A stretch of DNA of 64,000 nucleotides, from positions 18,042,001 to 18,106,000 of the forward strand of contig NC_043018.1 of assembly GCF_006345805.1 (NCBI RefSeq). The letters run 5' to 3'. Below the pieces are notes generated by a model. That model was not told the DNA's origin. It did not search any database and saw nothing but the letters and a program-made list of their open reading frames with translations. A program made the position numbers and the translations under genes. Every line of letters begins with the position of its first letter. The first letter of the stretch is position 1. This document shows, piece by piece, positions 1 to 10,749 of this stretch. This DNA comes from Octopus sinensis (Eukaryota).

Positions 1-992
1 GAAAACTCTTGTGCTTGTTCCAACATTAGAAATAATTATATTGTAGTTGAAGTTCTTTAATTCGAATGCCAGCCAGAGTGACATTTGCTTCTGTTAACTT
101 GGATGTTTTAACCAATTTACTTATATCATCCGTTTTAGAAAAGAACCAAATGGTCTTTGGAATCTTGTGTTTTAAATACCAGAGATTAAGAATCTGAAAA
201 AGAATTTCTTTTAGGATCAGGAACTTATTATGATTAAGGAATTTACAATTCTACTTTCTAGTTTCGTTTTTTTTTTTTGGATATATGTTCGATTTCGAAC
301 AGAAAAAGTAATTCTTTTTTCTATAGAAATATATTGCATTTGATTTATGTTTGAAGAGTATAAATATATTTTCGCTGCATTTATAGTCACCTTTTGCTCG
401 TAAGTCTATTGAAGCAAGGACCATTTTAAATACATACACATTGCTATGATTATTTTAAAAGCTAATACACCTTTTAAAGTTATTCGTTCTCTGTATCCAT
501 GGGATTATATTAAAAAATATATTTATAAATCATTGGATTAAAATTATTTTTTTTCTTGTTTTTAAAATTTCATATTCTGAATCTCTGATTATAAAATCAT
601 AAAATCCAGAAAAGCGGTTATTTTTTTGAAAAACATTGAAAAAATTTAGAGGAATTTTTAATAAAATGGTTAAACGACTAAATACATATTTTGAGGTTTT
701 TGGCTTTTACAAAACAAGATATCCTAAAGTGAAAAATAGATTTATTAAATAGTTTTTAATGGTACACATTTCATTCCACTAAACATACACACAAAAAAGA
801 AACAAAAACGAAATAAAAACGAAGTTGATAGTAAAGATGCTTTCAGCGTAAAACAAATAATTTCCTGCCAAGGAAATTTATCGACATTATATTCTATAAT
901 GACTTTAGCGAAATTATATTCTGTAATGACTTCAGTGCAGTGAAAGTCAGCTTTGGTACTTTACTCAGAAACCTTCCGGGTTTATGACTTAC

Positions 993-1100
993 CACGGTTA
1001 CATCTGTCCTTTTCTCTTTAAGTTTACTATAAACAACATCGCCGTTACCAACATTACCATTCATTTTCGCCATTAACTCCATTATCACATCGACAAACAA
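993..1100 (-). CDS. Candidate internal coding exon (108 nt, phase 0-0) of an unidentified gene: LFVDVIMELMAKMNGNVGNGDVVYSKLKEKRTDVTV
   Basis: Minus strand reads ttccttgtag|TTGTTT...ACCGTG|gtaagt. Good acceptor, consensus donor, one open frame (the other two contain stops). Protein not recognised. Confidence 0.5.
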
Positions 1101-1236
1101 CTACAAGGAAACATTCAAATTCAACTTAGCGGCGTCATTATCCAATCAATCTCACTGCAAAAAATTCCAAGCTGTAAAATAATACGTATACATACGTACA
1201 TACTTGCATTGTGAATGCACGCATAAATGTGACTTA

Positions 1237-1750
1237 TCTTTATATATAAAAGTGAAGTTGTGTGAGTGTCTGTCTCCTACGATTTAGATTCCTAACTACT
1301 CCCACATTTTGCGGTGCAGTTTAACCAAAACCGGGTATCTTATAGTCGTGATTCATATCGAGCCCGTCTGAGTATTAGCGCGCGTCTACGATGAGTCTAC
1401 GATTTAAAAAATAATTTAACATCATTTTTTTATTCCATTTTAATGCATAATTTTTCGTGTGTCGATGGCGGCGGAGTTGGCGTCCATGGTCACACCTGCA
1501 TCTGTTTGCTTCTCCCTCTTCTTCCCTCCCTTGTGAAGCTGTGGGGAAGGGAGTGTAAGGAAATCAACGTCGTAAAGCGTTGTCAAGGAGACCAGCGTTC
1601 TTTTAGAACAACGACTTCATGCCTTGAAGACACCAAAACAGAAATGGCTAAGAAAGCCCGAATTGGCATCTATAAGGGAAGTAACTCTCTAAAAATGCTT
1701 ATATAGTTATTTCCCTTACAAACCCGAGCAACGCCGGGCGATACTGCTAG
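1237..1750 (+). mobile_element. Non-autonomous Helitron, copy 1
   Basis: Starts TC after A (a|tctttatatataaaag), ends with the cccgagcaacgccggg hairpin followed by CTAG. Near-identical copy at 22277-22790. Confidence 0.85.
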
Positions 1751-2042
1751 TCTTTATATATAAAAGTGAAGTTGTGTGAGTGTCTGTCTCCTACGATTTA
1801 GATTCCTAACTACTCCCACATTTTGCGGTGCAGTTTAACCAAAACCGGGTATCTTATAGTCGTGATTCATATCGAGCCCTTCTGGGTATTAGCGCGCGTC
1901 TACGATTAAAAGAAACAATTACCATCATTTTTTCCCATTTTTAATGCATTTTGTTGCTATTATATAAGGGAAGTAACTCTCTAAAAATGCTTATATAGTT
2001 ATTTCCCTTACAAACCCGAGCAACGCCGGGCGATACTGCTAG
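1751..2042 (+). mobile_element. Non-autonomous Helitron, shorter variant joined head-to-tail to copy 1
   Basis: Junction CTAG|TC at 1750/1751. Same 5' end, hairpin and CTAG|T end; lacks the ~220-bp internal block of copy 1. Confidence 0.85.
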
Positions 2043-2322
2043 TGTATTATACATGATGTCTTGGTGTTAGCAAAAGTTTGGCTATAACTGGTTTTTTCTG
2101 AAAAACAAGTGTTTTTTTTTTATTGAACAGTTTCTGATAAATATGGCTGTAGGGAAAAAATGTTTGAATCTATAATGTTGGAGGTTTGCAGTTGCATTGG
2201 ACGACATATTTAACCCGCAGCAAAGATTCACACAGATAATCTGCTTCTGTTCTTTCTTTCTAACTTTTATACTACGATGCTAGATGCACTTTTTTCTTCC
2301 AATCATCCTTTGTGTATATATG

Positions 2323-2329
<7 letters not shown>

Positions 2330-2387
<58 letters not shown>

Positions 2388-2925
2388 CATACATACATAT
2401 ATATATATACATATATACATACATACACACACACATACATACATATAATATATATATATATGTACATGTATATATACATACATGCCATGATAGATCGGTA
2501 TATATCCATATGAATATATATATATACATATGTACATTTATATATATATACATATATACATACACACATACATACATACATATAATATATATATATATGT
2601 ACATGTATATATACATACATGCCATGATAGATCGGTATATATCCATATGAATATATATATATACATATGTACATTTATATATATACATATATACATACAC
2701 ACATACATACATACATACATGCATATAATATATATATATGTACATGTATATATGCATACATGCCATGATAGATCGGTATATATCCATATGAATATATATA
2801 TACATATGTACATTTATATATATACTTATATACATACATACATACAAACATACATACATACATACATATAATATATATATATATATATGTACATGTATAT
2901 ATACATACATCCATGATAGATCGGT
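2330..2925. repeat. Composite tandem array (~138-150 bp units) made of TA/TACA microsatellite plus the anchor ccatgatagatcggta
   Basis: The anchor recurs at about 2485, 2622, 2763 and 2910 with the same intervening microsatellite pattern. Confidence 0.85.
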
Positions 2926-3095
2926 AGCCACTACGCACATTTTTTTCTCTCGTTTCTTTCTGTGTTCCTTTCTGTGGAAGAGCTTAGGCTCGAAACGTTA
3001 AAGACTTTTTCAATTCTCGAGCGTTATACTAATACATCTGTTTGTTTTCTACACAACGTGCCTTCGTGTTTTGTTTCTTTCGTGAATTCTCCCTA
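2905..3095 (+). mobile_element. Penelope-like terminal (pLTR) fragment with hammerhead-like motif at 2968-3003
   Basis: ctttCTGTGGAAgagcttaggctcGAAACGTTaaag. Same family at 20790-20980 (-), 37485-37625 (+) and, degraded, near 49910-50000 (-). Confidence 0.6.
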
Positions 3096-3099
3096 TATA

Positions 3100-3432
3100 T
3101 ATAACCGATATTTGTGTGTTTTCGTCCCCGTAACTAGCGGTTCGGCCAAAGAGAACGATAGCATAAGTTCTAGGTTCACAATCAAATAAGTCCTTGGGTA
3201 AACTTGTTCGACTAAAGGTGGTGCTCCAGCATAGGCGCAGTCAAATGACTGAAACAAATAAAAGAATAAACCAACACTGGTTGTGAAGCCGTGTTGAGAG
3301 AAAAACCCAAATGAAAATATACACCCAGGCACACATACATATACATAGACACATGCATATATACAGTTATGCGTACACACAGACATGCATATACACAATA
3401 GGCTTCTCTCAGTTTCCGTCTACCGAATACAC
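3100..3432. mobile_element. Two SINE-B fragments in opposite orientations (3' half on +, middle part on -)
   Basis: gcggttcggcc...cagtcaaatgactgaaac at 3100-3270, then reverse-complement ggtagacggaaactg at about 3405-3430. Confidence 0.7.
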
Positions 3433-3871
3433 GTACACCATCACCAGCGGAACTTGAAACCGGAAGCATGTCGTTGGGATTCAAACTTCCTCCCATACAA
3501 AAAGTGGCTTTATTCATGAAATGTCCGTTTCGGATTATTGAATATTCCTTTCCTTCTTCTCCATACATTTTATAGCGATAGGAAGATAGATCAATAACTG
3601 TGCATATATATCGATCTATGAACGAACCTAATCCTAAATATTACATGTGATCACTTGGACTCAGCAAGAAATAGAAGTAAATATTCCTCATATCACTTCC
3701 TTAAAAAATGGAAGGACAAATTAGGTAGTACATGCTAGAAAAATGGAAGGGTCACGGTCAGACCGCTTTTCAAATGTATTTGTTTGGTATACATATACAT
3801 AATTAGACAGATATATAAATACATGCATGCATATATACATACTTACACACAGATATATACATAAAGAGGTC

Positions 3872-4190
3872 AAGAGCCCTTTCGGTCATGAATGACCATG
3901 GGATTGCACCTACAAAGAGGCTCATGTCCAGACAAGGATGTTTTATGGAAGACCAGTAGTCACCCATGCCAGCCTCTCCTCTCCATGCCACTGATGTTAT
4001 CCAAGTGAGAGGCAAAGGGGCCGATACAGCTTAGCACCGGTAATATCGCAATTCATTTCTACAGCTGAGTGAACTGGAGCGACGTGAAATAAAGTGTCTT
4101 GCTTAAGAACACATCACAGCCCGGCCCGAATCGAACTCACTACCTTATGATTATGAGCCCGGTGCCCTAACCACTGAGCCAAATGTCTCA
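3872..4190 (-). mobile_element. SINE-D (tRNA head, CORE-like middle, own 3' tail)
   Basis: Minus strand ggctcagtggttagggc...gttcgattc...ttcttaagcaagacactttatttcacgtcgctccagttcactcagctgtagaaatg. Homologous to 25137-25461. Confidence 0.8.
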
Positions 4191-4227
4191 CATGTGAAGC
4201 CAAATCACATACATACATACATATGTA

Positions 4228-4509
4228 TATCACGTGATCACGTGACCGACCAGGCTATCACATGTTGCTACACATCGCTGGTTACAATGCGCTTCGCATT
4301 GTTTTAGCTTTCAAATGACTCCAGCCCGAGTGAGAGAAAGTTGCGTCGAAAGAGTACAGCAGGGGTCGCCACCACCTCCTGCCTGAGACTCGTGGAGCTT
4401 TAGGTGTTTTCTCTCAATAAACACACACAACGCCCGGTCTGGGATTCGAAACCGCGATCCTCCGACCGTGAGTTCGCTGCCCCAACCACTGGGCCATTGC
4501 GCCTCCACA
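4228..4509 (-). mobile_element. SINE-A head/body carrying an RTE-derived 3' tail
   Basis: Head ggaggcgcaatggcccagtgg. Tail gaagcgcattgtaaccagcgatgtgtagcaacatgtgatagcctggtc matches the 3' end of the RTE remnant at about 63035-63080. Confidence 0.75.
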
Positions 4510-4511
4510 TA

Positions 4512-4583
<72 letters not shown>

Positions 4584-4707
4584 ATATATATATATATATA
4601 TATATTTATATGTATGTATATATATACATGCATACATACATACAGACAAACAGAAATTGCACTTAAATGCTTCAGGATGTAATCGCCATTTTGTTACCAA
4701 ATTTTTT

Positions 4708-5162
4708 CACCATCACCACCTTTCACTATCATCCCCTTCATCATCCTCATCACTACCACCAACCCCCCTAGCATTATCGTCCACACCATCACCACAATCC
4801 CCCCACCTCCTGCTCCTGCTCCTGCTGCTCCTCATCAATCATTATCGCCATCGCCATCACCACCACACACACACAATCATCATCATCATCATCATCATCA
4901 CCAACATCCCCATTACTATAAACACTGCCATCCTTCTCTTCTTCGTTATCACCATCGTTGTTATCAGCAGCAACGCCACCCCCTACCGCCCTCCTCTTCC
5001 TCATTAACAATCCTATCATCATCATCATCATTTTCACCATCATCATCGTCATCATCATCATCATCATCATCATCATTTTCACCATCATCATCATCATCAT
5101 CATCACCACCACCACCACCATCACCACCACCACCATCATCATCATCGTCATCATCATCTTCA

Positions 5163-5197
<35 letters not shown>

Positions 5198-5249
5198 GTC
5201 ATCAATATCACCACCACAACCACCACCACCACCACCACCACCACCAACC

Positions 5250-5281
<32 letters not shown>

Positions 5282-5369
5282 TTTCACCATCATCATCATC
5301 ATCATCGTCATCATCATCATCATTTTCACCATCATCATCATCATCATCATCACCACCACCACCACCACC

Positions 5370-5403
<34 letters not shown>

Positions 5404-5409
5404 TCATCA
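4708..5409. repeat. ~700-bp compound (CAT)n/(CAC)n trinucleotide repeat
   Basis: Directly visible; source of the poly-H/I/T/M/D ORFs. Confidence 0.95.
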
Positions 5410-5490
5410 ACGCCGCCACGGTCGTCAGCCTTTTGAAAAAAATCAATTTTCTCGCATCCATTTAATCGTTATTACATCTCTGAACGTGAG

Positions 5491-5543
<53 letters not shown>

Positions 5544-5972
5544 TTTTCTTTTCTTTTTTTTTTTTTTAAATATTTTCTTAAATATCTTTCCGTATTTTTA
5601 TTTGTTTTCCATTTGTTTATTTCACAGATTTTAATTGTTTTACAAACTCCATTTTCTACCTTCATTCATCTTTTTTACTGTTGCTATTCTATTTCTCTTG
5701 CACCAGTTTTTTTTCACCCTGACCAATCTCATTCTCAACACTAAATCTATTGTTTCTCGCTGCAGTTAAATGTTGTTCTTCTTAATGTTGCTGTTATTGT
5801 TGTTTTGGTTGTTGTTGTTGTTGTTGTTGATGGTGATGTTATATTGAAAACGACATTTCCTTTGTTGTTTGCCAAAGCAGTTACCAACCAACCAACCAAC
5901 TAAAACATCCAAAAGACAGTGCCAAGGACAGAAAGCCTCTATTCGGTCTCCTCAATCGCTAGAAATAACAAC

Positions 5973-6121
5973 CAGGAGTGGCTGTGTGGTAAGTAGCTTG
6001 CTAACCAACCACATGGTTCTGGGTTCAGTCCCACTGCGTGGCATCTTGGGCAAGTGTCTTCGGGCGGACCAATGCCTTGTGAATGGATTTGGTAGACGGA
6101 AACTGAAAGAAGCCTGTCGTA

Positions 6122-6193
<72 letters not shown>

Positions 6194-6403
6194 TTGTGTG
6201 TCTGTGTTTGTCCCCCTAGCATTGCTTGACGACCGATGCTGGTGTGTTTACGTCCCCGCCACTTAGCGGTTCGGCAAAAAGAGACCGATAGAATAAGTAC
6301 TGGGCTTACAAAGAATAAGTCCCGGGGTCGATTTGCTCGACTAAAAGGTGGTGCTCCAGCATGGCCGCAGTCAAATGACTGAAACAAGTAAAAGAGTAAA
6401 AGA
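5973..6403 (+). mobile_element. SINE-B, near full length, internal (TA)n(TG)n
   Basis: caggagtggctgtgtggtaagtagcttg...gggttcagtccc...cttgggcaagtgtctt...cagtcaaatgactgaaacaagtaaaaga; many copies in the window. Confidence 0.9.
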
Positions 6404-6698
6404 ATAAATCTACATAATTCATTAATGGATAAATTCAGAGATGAGAAATGCCCGATTTCTATTTTAAAATGTCTGCGGGTGATAGGAGAAAAAAGAGAGG
6501 TTATGATCACATGGTTCAACTAAGTGGACTGTGCCATTTTCGATCAAACTGACCAATGCCATCTCTCGTCTTCCACTAAACATGTTAACCTCCTTCTTTG
6601 TTTAATAAGAAGTCTAAAAACGCTCTACGTTCAGATACATCTCGTTTGCTTGCATTGCCATTAGACACGCTTACTAATCAATCGGTTATCGTTATACA

Positions 6699-7087
6699 TG
6701 TGGAGGCGCAATGGCCCAGTGGTTAGGGCAGCGGACTCGCGGTCGTAGGATCGCGGTTTCGATTCCCAGACCGGGCATTGTGAGTGTTTATTGAGCGAAA
6801 ACACCTAAAGCTTCAGAACGCTCCTGCAGGGGGTGGTGGTGATGAACCCTGCTGTACTCTTTCACCACAACTTTCTCTCGCTCTTTCTTCCTGTTTCTGT
6901 TGTACCTGTATTTCAAAGGGCCGGCCTTGTCACACTCTGTGTCATGCTGAATCTCCTTGAGAACTACATTAAGGGTACACGTGTCTGTGGAATGCTCAGC
7001 CACTTGCACGTTAATTCCACGAGCAAGCTGTTCCGTTGATCGTATCAGGTGGGACCCTCATTGTCGTAACCGACGGAGTGCTCCTAC
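6699..7087 (+). mobile_element. SINE-A, full length, 12-bp TSD
   Basis: tRNA-like head with A/B boxes, 3' stem-loop, TSD tatcgttataca at 6687-6698 and 7088-7099. Confidence 0.92.
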
Positions 7088-7104
7088 TATCGTTATACAG
7101 TCTT

Positions 7105-7460
7105 CTCTCGCTTGTGATGTGGGAAGCTATGAAGAAGGGAAGACAATGGCTAGCTACAACCGAGGAGAAAAATCCATGCAAAGAATATCATTGCTAGAAT
7201 ATAGACCCGAAACGAAGTAACTCGAGGGTGGCGTGGGGGATTGAACTGCAAGACTGCGGAACACCGAAAGCAAAGGTTCCACTGGGCTGGAACATGTCGC
7301 ACTTTTCTCAAAGATAGCTTTGTACAGTTTTTGAGTGGTATTCGAGAGATAGGAAGAGTTCGTTCGGAAGACCACAAGATAACAGGGAGATGACATTGTC
7401 AAAGAATTCGAATCCAAACGGAATAAGAGGTCTCAAACAAGACGTCTTTAAAAGGTTTTG
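7105..7460 (+). mobile_element. Decayed RTE-clade LINE 3' coding fragment
   Basis: Frameshifted translation RFHWAG-HVA...EWYSRDRKSSFGRPQ...DDIVKEF resembles the RTE C-terminal motif RWAGHVAR...EWYPRDRKRPxGRP..W.DDIVK. Confidence 0.75.
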
Positions 7461-7499
7461 CGATTTTTGGGGACGGTCATTATTTTTTTGCAATTAAAT

Positions 7500-7683
7500 A
7501 CACGCTCAGATCGATCCCCAAATCTAATCAGTTTGTGCCAGTCATGAGACCAAAGATCCTTGAAAGTTTCATCCGAATCCATCCAGCGGTTCTCGAGATA
7601 TCTTGTCCATGGATAGACAAACAAACAAACAAATAAATGTGACTGAAAACAATCCCTCCACTTTCGCTAAGGCGGAGATAATA
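7500..7683 (+). mobile_element. HINE/DINE-1-like (Helentron-associated) short element
   Basis: aaagtttcatccgaatccatccagcggttctcgagatatc...(acaa)n...gaaaacaatccctcc...ggcggagataata: internal tetranucleotide microsatellite and 3' stem-loop. Confidence 0.5.
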
Positions 7684-7685
7684 AC

Positions 7686-8082
7686 CCTTTCTACTTTAAG
7701 CACAAGCCCTGAAATTTGGGGGAGCGGATTATTCGATTACATCGACCCGAGTGTTTCAATGGTACTTAATTCATCGAGCCCGAAAGGATGAAAAGTAAAG
7801 TCGATCCCGGCGGAATTTGAACTCAGAACGTTGAGGCAGATGAAATACCTATTTCTTTATTACCCACAAGGGGCTAAACACAGAAGGGACAAACAAGGAC
7901 AGACATAGGTATTAAGTCGATTACATCGACCCCAGTGCGTAACTGGTACTTAATTTATCGACCCCGAAAGGATGAAAGGCAAAGTCGACCTCGGTGGATT
8001 TTGAACTCACAACGTAACGACAGGCGAAATACCGCTAAGCATTTCGCCCGGCGTGCTAACGATTCTGCCAGCTCACCGCCTT
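7686..8082 (-). mobile_element. SINE-C dimer: one head, young body with Tx1-like tail (7849-8082), then an older body with a different tail (7686-7848)
   Basis: Minus-strand junction aaagaaatag|gtatttcatctgcc; distal unit is more diverged and ends ccgctcccccaaatttcagggcttgtgc. Confidence 0.85.
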
Positions 8083-8898
8083 AATTTATCGTCGCTGAAA
8101 GGATGAAAGGCAAAGTCAACCCCGACGGAATTGCACTTTGCCTTTCATAATAATAAAAGCTAAAGAGAAGACCAAATAAATAAAGCATTTAACCGGCAAA
8201 AGATAACCGCCCCTGAATATAAAAATTATGTTTCAACACATGATTTCACATGAAGAATCTTGTAAAATAAAGGCATAAATTTAAAAGTCTAAAAGCCATT
8301 TAATTTAATTAAAAATGGCACGGGTCGGCCCTTTTTTTAATTCGTACATCCTCCATTCACTTCATAGAGGAAATACTGGACAGTGCCAAAGGTTGTCTGC
8401 CACCGGCTTGGAGTATTAAACACAGCGACGTATTACGTAGTAGTTGAGTGAATAGAATATCATCAGAAGGAAAATGGCTCGTGTGAAAAACAAAACTGAC
8501 GATGAATTAGTTTTTGTATGAGATGGAAGATGCATGGTCTAGTGTTGGGGTGTTGAGTTTTTAATTGTCATCCCATGAGTTCAATTCCTGGACTGGAAGG
8601 CTAATATTTTTTCTATAGTTGTTGATTTGTAACATTTTAAAGCGACACTTTAAATGCTCTCAATGCCATCGCTCTAACGTGGTGTGCGAAGGCCAAGAGT
8701 TTTACTCTTTCCTCCATCCCTAACCAAGTAGATGAAAAAGATCTGTAAAATAAGAAGGAATTAGCTTGATTTGATCGCTTGCTGCTTCCTTTTTCTCCAC
8801 ATCTAAAACATTGCAATCTTTTCTGAGAAGGAAACGTTTTTGTGATTTGATTATTCCTTTCACCAACGATAGTCTCTACCGAAATATAAAATATTTAT

Positions 8899-9289
8899 GT
8901 GGAGGCGCAATGGCCCAGTAGTTAGGGCAGCGGACTCGCGGTCATAGGATCGCGGTTTCGATTCCCAGACCGGGCGTTGTGAGTTTTTATTGAGCGAAAA
9001 CACCTAAAAAGCTCCACGAGGCTCCGGCAGGGGATGGTGGTGATCCCTGCTGTACTCTTTCACCACAACTTTCTCTCACTCTTACTTCCTGTTTCTGTTG
9101 TACCTGTATTTCAAGGGGCCGGCCTTGTCACTCTCTCTGTCACGCTGAATATCCCCGAGAACTACGTTAAGGGTACACGTGTCTGTGGAGTGCTCAGCCA
9201 CTTACACGTTAATTTCACGAGCAAGCTGTTCCGTTGATTCGGATCCACAGGAACCCTCATCGTCGTAACCGACGGAGTGCTTCCACCAC
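8899..9289 (+). mobile_element. SINE-A, full length, 13-bp TSD
   Basis: TSD ataaaatatttat at 8886-8898 and 9290-9302. Confidence 0.92.
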
Positions 9290-9686
9290 ATAAAATATTT
9301 ATAGGAAAACGTTTTCATAACTTTGTGTGTTAGCCTGTATACTAACGAATATCACAAAACCTGTCGCAGACGAGTAAATTAACACTTCCGTTGACCCTCG
9401 AAATCTTGTAATGTTCTTCTTTAACTAATCAATTGACTGATTGATAAGTGTTTATTTCTTTTGATGAATCACAAGATCTTAGATTTAAAGAGGAATGAGA
9501 TATGTTTAACTGTCGTGTCTTAGGCTTTAGCGATTAAACGAGCGTAATTGAATTGAAAGAGCTTCGGAGAGTCACCTTCTCATGATTTTTCCTCTTTAGA
9601 TAATTCAGTTAACTTAAAATGCTGATAACCTTGAGAGCTGCGCAAATATCACAGAATTATATTTGCTTCTTTGATTTTCTACCCAG

Positions 9687-9730
9687 GTGTGAAAACAACG
9701 ATATCATAGACGCTCGTAGGAGGTTGCCAG
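9687..9730 (+). CDS. Weak candidate plus-strand micro-exon (44 nt): CENNDIIDARRRLP
   Basis: ttttctacccag|GTGTGA...TTGCCAG|gtaatg; only one frame is open. Could be chance. Confidence 0.22.
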
Positions 9731-10643
9731 GTAATGCATCTGATTCAATAATTTACATTAATTAGTTTCCTATCTTTCTCTGATTACAAACGTTATTAAT
9801 CATTTGGAATCCCTATTTATAAAATACATCCATTAATATTCAGTCGATATGAAAATCTTGGCAGCAAATATTGGCCTTGTATCTCTGATTAAAAGAAATC
9901 AATATTAAGAAATTAAAACGAAATGAAATAACAGGTATAAATGTTTTCGAGTGTCAAGCTACGTTTTCTTACCCCCTGGGTTCAAATCTCGTGGAGGTTA
10001 GTCTTATCTTTCCTCTTCCCATGGTTAAGGAATTAAATATCAATGAAACATTGGGGTCAACTAAAACTTTTCTTCAAAACTTTATGGCTAAAAGCAATTA
10101 ATACGGAGGCCAGGAGTTAGAATATTACAGCGAGGATAATAACATTTAGCTGTAATTACTTCGTTTTTATAGCAATCGCTTCTAGAAATGTGTTTAAAAT
10201 ACATTAGTATCGTTGGTGTCGTAAGAAGATAGACGATAGATGTCAAATCAAGGCGTTAGAATGTCTTCTGCTCTACTTGGTAATGTCATCATTTCGTTTG
10301 TATTCGAAAACATCCAAGACATAAATATTTTATGTTTCTAAAGATAAAACGAAATATTTTTGTACAACTTCCCTCTAAAACGAAGCTTTGCTTACTTATT
10401 TTTGATGTGTTGGGGTAAATTCAATCGCAAATATACTAGTCATCGTTGTATACGTCACAGGAAAAACAACTTCTCCCTTTTATGACGCAAGTGTGTTCAT
10501 AACACACTCGGTTTGTTCGTGCAAGGGATTCTGGGACACTCGTGCCTCGACATGTGTCTCGTTAGCCAGAAGAACCCGTTTACTTGTGCCTTTGAAAGTG
10601 TTTAGTCCGGCACTTGCTTTGCTTATAATTTCAGCGAACATAC

Positions 10644-10749
10644 ATTTTCTCGGATCAGTCCTTATAACCGCCAACCGATAAAAATAGTTATTTGCTCTGT
10701 TCACAGCCAGATCAGAAACGAGGATTTGCATAATTGTTCTTAATGCGTT
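10644..10749 (-). CDS. Candidate coding exon (106 nt, phase 0-1): NALRTIMQILVSDLAVNRANNYFYRLAVIRTDPRK
   Basis: gtctttgaatctgccag|AACGCA...AGAAAAT|gtatgt. An in-frame stop lies just upstream of the acceptor; it sits inside a 92-codon stop-free frame in unique sequence. Confidence 0.4.

Noticed and set aside
1-780. AT-rich stretch suggesting a NUMT or decayed retroelement ORF
   Set aside because: No mitochondrial gene or RT motif could be recognised convincingly in any frame.
6699-6770. tRNA genes in SINE heads
   Set aside because: A/B boxes are present, but the heads continue into SINE bodies with TSDs and do not form complete cloverleaves.
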